DNA from: Escherichia coli
GTDB taxonomy: Bacteria > Pseudomonadota > Gammaproteobacteria > Enterobacterales > Enterobacteriaceae
Strand: one strand, 5' to 3'
Assembly (NCBI RefSeq): GCF_011045215.1
Contig: NZ_CP049201.1
DNA: 64,000 nucleotides
Below are positions 55,457 to 64,000 of the stretch, piece after piece. The notes beneath the pieces were generated by a model that saw only the letters and a program-made list of their open reading frames with translations, was not told where the DNA came from and searched no databases. The first letter of the stretch is position 1. Each line of letters begins with the position of its first letter. Both the position numbers and the translations under genes were made by a program.

Positions 55457-56824
55457 TTAACGCATCAGCAGATAGATGCTTTCATTGCCGCGTACAATTT
55501 GCAGGGCGATGATGGCCGGTTTTGCCGCCAGCACTTTACGCATTTCAGCAATCGAGTTCACCCGATCGCGGTTGACGCCAATGATCACATCGTCTTTTTG
55601 CAAGCCAGCCTGAGCAGCTGGGCTTCCTTTGACAACTTCATCGATTTTAATACCTTTGCCGCCATCTTTTAGCTGACCATCGCTCAACGTTGCACCTTCC
55701 AGCGCTGGCGTGATCATTTCAGCGCTGGCCGACGAAGAGGTGCTGGTATCGAGCGTCACTTCTACTTCCAGTGGTTTGCCGTTACGCAGCAGGCCAAGCT
55801 TCACTTTCGTGCCCGGCTCGGTGGTCGCGATACGAGAGCGCAACTCAGCAAAGCTATTCAGCGGTTTGCCGTTGAGGCTGGTAATAATATCGCCCGCTTT
55901 GACGCCCGCTTTCGCCGAGCCAGAACCTGGCAACACTTCGCTGACAAACGCGCCACGCTGCACGTCAAGGTTGAAGGCTTTGGCGATATCGGCACTCATC
56001 TCGGTGCCTTTGATGCCTAACAAACCGCGTTTGATTTCACCAAAGTCGATAAGCTGCTGCGCCAGTGTTCGCGCCATATTACTGGGGATGGCAAATCCAA
56101 TTCCGACGCTCCCGCCGCCAGGCGCAAGGATTGCAGTGTTGATGCCAATTAACTCACCGTTAAGGTTTAACAGTGCACCGCCGGAGTTACCGCGGTTAAT
56201 GGAAGCATCTGTCTGGATAAAGTTTTCCAGACCTTCAAGATTCAACCCGCTGCGTCCTAATGCGGAAACAATGCCAGAGGTGGCGGTTTGCCCAAGGCCA
56301 AATGGGTTACCGACCGCCACGGCAAAATCACCGACGCGCAATTTATCGGAGTCGGCAATAGCGATTTGCGTTAATTTGCTCGGGTTTTGAATTTGCAACA
56401 GGGCGATATCGCTCTGGTCATCGCTACCAATCAGTTTTGCATCAAACTCGCGCCCATCATTGAGCTGAATACTGATTTTCTGTGCCTGATTAATCACATG
56501 GTTGTTGGTCAGCACATAGCCTTTACTGGCGTTGATGATGACACCGGAGCCTAAACCTTCGAAGGGTTGTGCAGGTTGATCCGGTAAATCATCACCAAAA
56601 AACTTTTTGAATTCTTCCGGGATTTTCTGTCCCTGACTGGCCGTTCCTTCCACCCGTACGCTCACCACTGCCGGAAGCACTTTTTCCAGCATTGGAGCCA
56701 GACTGGGGAGGGGGGCCTGATCGGCAACCTGGCCTGGAATCGACGCGACGGCCTGAAATGACGCCGAGAGAGTTAACCCGACACTTAACGCTAATGCACT
56801 CAACAGCTGGGTTTGTTTTTTCAT
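55457..56824 (-). CDS. degQ: Periplasmic serine endoprotease DegQ
   Basis: 455 aa from ATG at 56824 (MKKQTQLLSALALSVGLTLSASFQAVA signal peptide); HtrA family with two PDZ domains. Confidence 0.95.
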   Translation of the reverse strand: MKKQTQLLSALALSVGLTLSASFQAVASIPGQVADQAPLPSLAPMLEKVLPAVVSVRVEGTASQGQKIPEEFKKFFGDDLPDQPAQPFEGLGSGVIINASKGYVLTNNHVINQAQKISIQLNDGREFDAKLIGSDDQSDIALLQIQNPSKLTQIAIADSDKLRVGDFAVAVGNPFGLGQTATSGIVSALGRSGLNLEGLENFIQTDASINRGNSGGALLNLNGELIGINTAILAPGGGSVGIGFAIPSNMARTLAQQLIDFGEIKRGLLGIKGTEMSADIAKAFNLDVQRGAFVSEVLPGSGSAKAGVKAGDIITSLNGKPLNSFAELRSRIATTEPGTKVKLGLLRNGKPLEVEVTLDTSTSSSASAEMITPALEGATLSDGQLKDGGKGIKIDEVVKGSPAAQAGLQKDDVIIGVNRDRVNSIAEMRKVLAAKPAIIALQIVRGNESIYLLMR

Positions 56825-56977
56825 TATTCCTGCTCTCGTACCTGAATGATAAGAAAAGAGATTCAAAACAGTTTGATGTTATTGAATTTTCAGACGGCTA
56901 ACAATGAGACACCAGATTAAATGATAGTCGGGGAGGGAGAGAAGAGGAGGGCGCAATGGCTGCGCCCGAAAAATAAA

Positions 56978-57376
56978 TTAGTCGCGCTTCGCGCCTGTAC
57001 GCAGCAGGCCGGATGCGCCTTCAGAATAGTCGCGAGGCATCTGCACCGGTGCCTGATCGTTGCTGGCTTCAGACTCTGCCAGACGATTACGGAACGGGTT
57101 TGCTTCAGCAGACAGTTCCGGCAGCAGGCTGCTGGAGCTTTTCGCCATGTGCTGATACAGCTGGCGATAGTCGTGCGCCATGGTATCCAGTAATTCCGCG
57201 CTGCGGGCAAAGTGGCTAACCAGCTCTTCGCGATACTCGTCCAGTTCAGCTTTATTCTTTTCCAGTTCGTACTGCAACGCCTGTTGCTGGCGTAGTTTAC
57301 GATTACCAAAACGCATGGCCACAGCACCAATAATGATGCCGACGACTAACCCAATTAGCGCATATTCCCAGGTCAT
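56978..57376 (-). CDS. zapG: Z-ring-associated inner-membrane protein ZapG (YhcB)
   Basis: 132-aa ORF MTWEYALIGLVVGIIIGAVAMRFGNRKLRQQQALQYELEKNKAELDEYREEL... Confidence 0.9.
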   Translation of the reverse strand: MTWEYALIGLVVGIIIGAVAMRFGNRKLRQQQALQYELEKNKAELDEYREELVSHFARSAELLDTMAHDYRQLYQHMAKSSSSLLPELSAEANPFRNRLAESEASNDQAPVQMPRDYSEGASGLLRTGAKRD

Positions 57377-57569
57377 GAATATCTCCCGTTGTCTTTTGTT
57401 TCCGTAGGGTGTTGGCTTCAGGCTCCATGCCTGCGGCTGATTATGCCACTATAACCGTTAATTCCACAGAAGTGGAATCCCGACTGCATATCGCGTAGTG
57501 TAGAACGGCCTTTTTTTCGTCAACCGTGAACAACGGCGCACCGATTATTCAAGGAATAACAATAAGATC

Positions 57570-58697
57570 ATGCAAAGCGTTACCCCAACATCGCAATACC
57601 TGAAGGCGCTCAATGAAGGCAGCCATCAACCCGACGACGTTCAAAAAGAGGCCGTCAGCCGCCTGGAAATTATTTATCAGGAACTCATCAATAGCAGGCC
57701 ACCAGCCCCCAGGACGAGTGGGCTAATGGCGCGGGTCGGTAAGCTGTGGGGTAAACGCGAAGACACAAAGCATACGCCAGTGCGTGGCTTATATATGTGG
57801 GGCGGTGTAGGACGCGGGAAAACCTGGCTGATGGACCTTTTCTATCAAAGCCTGCCGGGAGAGCGGAAACAGCGCCTGCACTTTCACCGTTTTATGCTGC
57901 GGGTGCACGAAGAGCTAACTGCCTTACAGGGGCAGACCGATCCGCTGGAAATTATTGCCGATCGCTTTAAAGCCGAAACTGACGTGCTCTGTTTTGACGA
58001 ATTTTTTGTTTCTGATATTACCGACGCCATGCTACTTGGCGGTCTGATGAAAGCCCTGTTCGCCCGCGGTATTACCCTGGTAGCGACGTCAAATATTCCG
58101 CCGGATGAACTTTATCGAAATGGCCTGCAACGTGCGCGTTTTCTGCCTGCAATCGATGCCATTAAACAGCATTGTGATGTAATGAACGTGGACGCTGGTG
58201 TTGATTATCGACTGCGTACACTCACTCAGGCGCATCTGTGGCTTTCGCCACTCAACGATGAAATCCGGGCGCAAATGGATAAACTATGGTTGGCGCTGGC
58301 GGGGGCGAAACGAGAAATTTCACCAACGTTAGAAATCAACCATCGGCCATTAGCGACAATGGGCGTCGAGAACCAGACGCTGGCGGTCTCTTTTACTACG
58401 CTGTGCGTCGACGCCCGCAGTCAGCATGACTATATTGCGCTCTCACGTCTCTTTCATACGGTCATGTTGTTTGATGTACCAGTTATGACGCGGTTGATGG
58501 AGAGCGAAGCGCGGCGCTTTATTGCGCTGGTGGATGAGTTTTACGAGCGCCATGTCAAATTAGTGGTGAGTGCAGAAGTGCCGCTGTATGAAATTTATCA
58601 GGGTGAGCGGCTGAAGTTTGAGTTCCAGCGTTGCCTGTCACGTCTGCAAGAGATGCAAAGCGAAGAGTATCTGAAGCGCGAGCATTTGGCGGGTTAA
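57570..58697 (+). CDS. zapE: Cell-division ATPase ZapE (YhcM), AFG1 family
   Basis: 375-aa ORF with Walker A GGVGRGKT. Confidence 0.92.
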   Translation: MQSVTPTSQYLKALNEGSHQPDDVQKEAVSRLEIIYQELINSRPPAPRTSGLMARVGKLWGKREDTKHTPVRGLYMWGGVGRGKTWLMDLFYQSLPGERKQRLHFHRFMLRVHEELTALQGQTDPLEIIADRFKAETDVLCFDEFFVSDITDAMLLGGLMKALFARGITLVATSNIPPDELYRNGLQRARFLPAIDAIKQHCDVMNVDAGVDYRLRTLTQAHLWLSPLNDEIRAQMDKLWLALAGAKREISPTLEINHRPLATMGVENQTLAVSFTTLCVDARSQHDYIALSRLFHTVMLFDVPVMTRLMESEARRFIALVDEFYERHVKLVVSAEVPLYEIYQGERLKFEFQRCLSRLQEMQSEEYLKREHLAG

Positions 58698-58828
58698 AAC
58701 CTGTCACAAATCACAAAAAGGGGTCGATCTTTGACCCCGACTTCTCTATAATCCTGCGACCCCACGTTACAAGAAAGTTTTTTTCCCAAAACTTTTTGTG
58801 TGCTGGCATAGGCTATTCGAAGGGGTAG

Positions 58829-59344
<516 letters not shown>

Positions 59345-59356
59345 TCGGGATTATAG

Positions 59357-59752
<396 letters not shown>

Positions 59753-59784
59753 TTGGCTTCTGCTCCGGCAGAAAACAATTTTCG

Positions 59785-59811
59785 AAAAAACCCGCTTCGG
59801 CGGGTTTTTTT
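59785..59811 (+). terminator. Rho-independent terminator of the rplM-rpsI operon
   Basis: AAAAAACCCGCTTCGGCGGGTTTTTTT. Confidence 0.9.
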
Positions 59812-60146
59812 ATGGCTAAAATCTGAATCAGCGTAAAAACTGGAATGTTGCTTTTTGCTGCCACCTGACAGACAGGTAAAACAAAAACCACATCGCCAAT
59901 AAGGGACTAAGTCAACTATTTCAGACTAAAGCGCATCTCTTTTTCCCCATTTCCGGCATCGACTCACCACAAAGGTCGCAAAATCTGGTAAACTATCATC
60001 CAATTTTCTGCCCAAATGTCGGGTATTGCTCATTTTTTGTTTGATTTTCGAACAAAGAGAGTCGTTCCTTACTGGGTAACACAACTTCTGACTGGCCACC
60101 TGGTGGCTGGTAGCAGTAAAAATTCTGACTATACCTGGAGGTTTTC

Positions 60147-60785
60147 ATGGCTGTCGCTGCCAACAAACGTTCGGTAATGACGCTGTTTTCCGGTCCTACT
60201 GACATCTATAGCCATCAGGTCCGCATTGTGCTGGCTGAGAAAGGTGTAAGTTTCGAGATCGAACACGTGGAAAAGGACAATCCGCCTCAGGATCTGATTG
60301 ACCTCAACCCGAATCAGAGCGTTCCGACCCTGGTGGATCGTGAGCTGACCCTGTGGGAATCTCGCATCATTATGGAATATCTGGATGAGCGTTTCCCGCA
60401 TCCGCCACTGATGCCTGTTTACCCGGTAGCTCGCGGTGAAAGCCGTCTGTACATGCATCGCATCGAAAAAGACTGGTACACGCTGATGAACACCATCATC
60501 AACGGTTCAGCTTCTGAAGCAGATGCCGCACGTAAGCAACTGCGCGAAGAACTGCTGGCGATTGCGCCGGTCTTCGGTCAGAAGCCGTACTTCCTGAGCG
60601 ATGAGTTCAGCCTGGTCGATTGCTACCTTGCTCCGCTGCTGTGGCGTCTGCCGCAACTGGGCATCGAGTTCAGCGGCCCGGGTGCGAAAGAGCTGAAAGG
60701 CTATATGACCCGCGTCTTTGAGCGTGACTCTTTCCTTGCTTCTTTAACTGAAGCAGAACGTGAAATGCGTCTGGGCCGGAGTTAA
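60147..60785 (+). CDS. sspA: Stringent starvation protein A (GST-like)
   Basis: 212-aa ORF MAVAANKRSVMTLFSGPTDIYSHQVRIVLAEKGVSFEIEHVEKDNPPQDL... Confidence 0.97.
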   Translation: MAVAANKRSVMTLFSGPTDIYSHQVRIVLAEKGVSFEIEHVEKDNPPQDLIDLNPNQSVPTLVDRELTLWESRIIMEYLDERFPHPPLMPVYPVARGESRLYMHRIEKDWYTLMNTIINGSASEADAARKQLREELLAIAPVFGQKPYFLSDEFSLVDCYLAPLLWRLPQLGIEFSGPGAKELKGYMTRVFERDSFLASLTEAEREMRLGRS

Positions 60786-60790
60786 TCTGT

Positions 60791-61288
60791 ATGGATTTGT
60801 CACAGCTAACACCACGTCGTCCCTATCTACTGCGTGCATTCTATGAGTGGTTGCTGGATAACCAGCTCACGCCGCACCTGGTGGTGGATGTGACGCTCCC
60901 TGGTGTGCAGGTTCCTATGGAATATGCGCGTGACGGGCAAATCGTACTCAACATTGCGCCGCGTGCTGTCGGCAATCTGGAACTGGCGAATGATGAGGTG
61001 CGCTTTAACGCGCGCTTTGGTGGCATTCCGCGTCAGGTTTCTGTGCCGCTGGCTGCCGTGCTGGCTATCTACGCCCGTGAAAATGGCGCTGGCACGATGT
61101 TTGAGCCTGAAGCTGCCTACGATGAAGATGCCAGCATCATGAATGATGAAGAGGCATCGGCAGACAACGAAACCGTTATGTCGGTTATTGATGGCGACAA
61201 GCCAGATCACGATGATGACACTCATCCTGACGATGAACCTCCGCAGCCACCACGCGGTGGTCGACCGGCATTACGCGTTGTTAAGTAA
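60791..61288 (+). CDS. sspB: ClpXP adaptor protein SspB
   Basis: 165-aa ORF MDLSQLTPRRPYLLRAFYEWLLDNQLTPHLVVDV... with acidic tail ending in the ClpX-binding motif (GGRPALRVVK). Confidence 0.97.
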   Translation: MDLSQLTPRRPYLLRAFYEWLLDNQLTPHLVVDVTLPGVQVPMEYARDGQIVLNIAPRAVGNLELANDEVRFNARFGGIPRQVSVPLAAVLAIYARENGAGTMFEPEAAYDEDASIMNDEEASADNETVMSVIDGDKPDHDDDTHPDDEPPQPPRGGRPALRVVK

Positions 61289-61292
61289 TACA

Positions 61293-61318
61293 AAACAGGC
61301 CCTGGTGGCCTGTTTTGT
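61293..61318. terminator. Bidirectional terminator between convergent sspB and dcuD
   Basis: AAAACAGGCC-CTGGT-GGCCTGTTTTGTCTTTT. Confidence 0.75.
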
Positions 61319-61329
61319 CTTTTAATGGC

Positions 61330-62697
61330 TTAATAAAATAGCGTGATTGTGGCAATCATATTCACCACGAAACCGACTGCCATGGGGATCGCTGTCCGCT
61401 TCACCACCGCAAAAGGCGAAACGCCTGCAATTCCTGACGTAACGACCACCACCGCAGTAATCGGCGAAACCGCGCGTGCTAGCGTCGTGGCAAAATGCAT
61501 CGGCATAATCATTACAACCGCTGGTACATGTAGTCCGGCTGCGATATTCGGAATAAGACTGGCAAATGACATAAACGGCGCATTGCCAGAGCCCATCACA
61601 ATGGCACAAATGGCAATGACCAGCGCCATAATAATCATCACGCCAATACCGCCCAGACCAGAATGCTCCGCACCCCTGATAACCGCATCGACAGTGCCAA
61701 TCGTCGTTAAGCCTTTCGCAAATATTTCACCCGCGACCACCAGCGTTACCACGTTGGCAAACTGCGTACCCATGCCGTCAAAAAACGCCTGCACATCGTC
61801 CATTGTTTCGCGCAAGTTATGCTTGCGGAAGAACTCAACAAACATCGTCACCGTCAAACTCAGTAACATCACCACCACCAGATGCAGTTCTGACTGCATC
61901 AGCCCGATGTGGGCGAGGAACAGCGAGCCGAGCATCAGGATTAACGGCATCACAGGTAAAATGGCGTAATAGTGCGGCGGGACATTATCGAGAGCTTTTT
62001 GCTCTGCCTGTTCGTGATTGATATTTTTATCTTTTTTGTCAAAAGCGCGTTGCACGAAAAAGTGGGAGATCGCCACCGAGATAATGACGCAAGAGGCGAC
62101 CGGAAGCTGGTAGTGGAAGAAGTAAGTGGCAATTTTCATTCCCGCTACCTGGGCAGCAAAAATGGAGTTCGTTTCCAGAATCCCCCACTCAATGGACATT
62201 GTGGTTGCGATAACCGCCACCGCAGAGAGACGGCTTACTCCCAGACTCACCAGCGTCGGAAATAAGGTGACCATCAGCAACATACCCAGACCGGAGGCGC
62301 TGGTAATAAACTGCGCCATGATTTGGCCGATGACGTAAGTTGCCGACAGAATAATATACGGCGAGCGAATGAGTTTTAACGGGCGGCTTAACAAGCTCAC
62401 CATCGCGCGACTGGCCCCTATGCGCTCCATGTAGCGGGCATAACCGCCCACCGCCATAATCGACAGCCCCAATCCGGCAATGCGGTTGGACAGCATGCGC
62501 AGGATTTCATTATAAATATCGACGATCAAGTAGCCGCTGCTTTTGGTGGGATCGAGTACACCACCGAACCCTAACCAGACACCGCACATCATCAGGAAGA
62601 TACCTGCGGCAGCCAGCACCACCTGAGGTTTGTAGTTTTTCAGGATCAAATAGCCCATCGTAATTAATACGATGACAGATATAATTATGCCGAACAT
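61330..62697 (-). CDS. dcuD: Anaerobic C4-dicarboxylate transporter DcuD (DcuC family)
   Basis: 455 aa from ATG at 62697 ([25 protein letters not shown]...); polytopic membrane protein. Confidence 0.9.
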   Translation of the reverse strand: MFGIIISVIVLITMGYLILKNYKPQVVLAAAGIFLMMCGVWLGFGGVLDPTKSSGYLIVDIYNEILRMLSNRIAGLGLSIMAVGGYARYMERIGASRAMVSLLSRPLKLIRSPYIILSATYVIGQIMAQFITSASGLGMLLMVTLFPTLVSLGVSRLSAVAVIATTMSIEWGILETNSIFAAQVAGMKIATYFFHYQLPVASCVIISVAISHFFVQRAFDKKDKNINHEQAEQKALDNVPPHYYAILPVMPLILMLGSLFLAHIGLMQSELHLVVVMLLSLTVTMFVEFFRKHNLRETMDDVQAFFDGMGTQFANVVTLVVAGEIFAKGLTTIGTVDAVIRGAEHSGLGGIGVMIIMALVIAICAIVMGSGNAPFMSFASLIPNIAAGLHVPAVVMIMPMHFATTLARAVSPITAVVVVTSGIAGVSPFAVVKRTAIPMAVGFVVNMIATITLFY

Positions 62698-63076
62698 TGT
62701 TGAACTCCGTGTCAAAAGAAAACGGTCAATCCCATAAACGGCAGATTGAAAACAATGATGTTATATTTTTTGCAAGTCTATTTATGGTGCGGATGTCGTG
62801 TTTTTAATTGTAGGTGAGGTGATTTTTCATTAAAAAATATGCGCTTATGATTATTTTGTAAGAACACATTCATAATATTCATAATGCTCGTGAATAGTCT
62901 TATAAATAATTCAATCGGGATGTTTTTATCTGCGTTACATTAATTTTTCGCAATAGTTAATTATTCCGTTAATTATGCTAATGATGAGGCACAAAGAGAA
63001 AACCCTGCCATTTTCCCCTACTTTCAATCCTGTGATAGGATGTCACTGATGATGTTAATCACACTGACCTTACAGA

Positions 63077-63868
63077 ATGGGCCTTATGAACGCATTTGAT
63101 TCGCAAACCGAAGATTCTTCACCTGCAATTGGTCGCAACTTGCGTAGCCGCCCGCTGGCGCGTAAAAAACTCTCCGAAATGGTGGAAGAAGAGCTGGAAC
63201 AGATGATCCGCCGTCGTGAATTTGGCGAAGGTGAACAATTACCGTCTGAACGCGAACTGATGGCGTTCTTTAACGTCGGGCGTCCTTCGGTGCGTGAAGC
63301 GCTGGCAGCGTTAAAACGCAAAGGTCTGGTGCAAATAAACAACGGCGAACGTGCCCGCGTCTCGCGTCCTTCTGCGGACACCATCATCGGCGAGCTTTCC
63401 GGCATGGCGAAAGATTTCCTTTCTCATCCTGGTGGGATTGCCCATTTCGAACAATTACGTCTGTTCTTTGAATCCAGCCTGGTGCGCTATGCGGCTGAAC
63501 ACGCCACCGATGAGCAAATCGATTTGCTGGCAAAAGCACTGGAAATCAACAGTCAGTCGCTGGATAACAACGCGGCATTCATTCGCTCAGACGTTGATTT
63601 CCACCGCGTGCTGGCGGAGATCCCAGGTAACCCAATCTTCATGGCGATCCACGTTGCCCTGCTCGACTGGCTGATCGCCGCACGTCCAACCGTGGCTGAT
63701 CAGGCTCTGCACGAGCATAACAACGTTAGCTATCAACAGCATATTGCGATCGTTGACGCGATCCGCCGCCACGATCCTGACGAAGCCGATCGTGCGTTGC
63801 AATCGCATCTCAACAGCGTCTCTGCTACCTGGCACGCCTTCGGTCAGACCACCAACAAAAAGAAATAA
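63077..63868 (+). CDS. nanR: GntR/FadR-family repressor of sialic acid catabolism NanR
   Basis: 263-aa ORF with GntR HTH ([31 protein letters not shown]) and FCD domain. Confidence 0.93.
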   Translation: MGLMNAFDSQTEDSSPAIGRNLRSRPLARKKLSEMVEEELEQMIRRREFGEGEQLPSERELMAFFNVGRPSVREALAALKRKGLVQINNGERARVSRPSADTIIGELSGMAKDFLSHPGGIAHFEQLRLFFESSLVRYAAEHATDEQIDLLAKALEINSQSLDNNAAFIRSDVDFHRVLAEIPGNPIFMAIHVALLDWLIAARPTVADQALHEHNNVSYQQHIAIVDAIRRHDPDEADRALQSHLNSVSATWHAFGQTTNKKK

Positions 63869-63921
63869 TGCCACTTTAGTGAAGCAGATCGCATTATAAG
63901 CTTTCTGTATGGGGTGTTGCT

Positions 63922-63944
63922 TAATTGATCTGGTATAACAGGTA
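63922..63944 (+). promoter_or_regulatory. NanR operator: three direct GGTATA repeats in the nanA promoter
   Basis: GGTATAACAGGTATAAAGGTATA, 46 bp upstream of the nanA ATG. Confidence 0.8.
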
Positions 63945-63989
63945 TAAAGGTATATCGTTTATCAGACAAGCATCACTTCAGAGGTATTT

Positions 63990-64000
63990 ATGGCAACGAA
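63990..64000 (+). CDS. nanA: N-acetylneuraminate lyase NanA, first codons only (window ends)
   Basis: ATGGCAACGAA at the expected position after nanR and its operator; identification rests mainly on synteny. Confidence 0.55.

Noticed and set aside
58721-58752. Apparent TTGACC ... TATAAT promoter upstream of rplM
   Set aside because: The spacer between the hexamers is only about 10 bp, incompatible with a sigma70 promoter; the TTGACC is more likely part of a GGGGTC/GACCCC hairpin after zapE.

Overview
This window reads as a ~64-kb stretch of an Escherichia coli chromosome with K-12-like gene order (reverse-complement orientation relative to MG1655 numbering). It runs rsmB' - fmt - def / dprA - smg - yrdD - tsaC - aroE - yrdB / yrdA, then the complete rrnD-type rRNA operon (16S - tRNA-Ile - tRNA-Ala - 23S - 5S - tRNA-Thr - 5S), then yhdZYXW - yhdV - acrFE / acrS - yhdU - yhdJ - fis - dusB - prmA - panF - yhdT - accCB - acuI / csrD - mreBCD - maf - rng - yhdP - tldD / aaeR / aaeXAB - yhcO / yhcN - argR / mdh / degS - degQ - zapG / zapE - rplM - rpsI - sspAB / dcuD / nanR - nanA'. 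All gene and motif identifications are from reading the translations and sequence against memory; no database search was run. The only clearly non-core element is a 1,954-bp IS21-family insertion sequence (IS100-like, intact istA and istB) inserted inside the ABC-transporter ATPase gene yhdZ, flanked by a 6-bp direct repeat (ACCATC), about 240 bp beyond the rrnD terminator. I also found a textbook sigma54 promoter upstream of yhdW. I see no CRISPR array, prophage, toxin-antitoxin or defence island, and no evidence for a genuinely undescribed system; apart from the IS this is a conserved housekeeping region.
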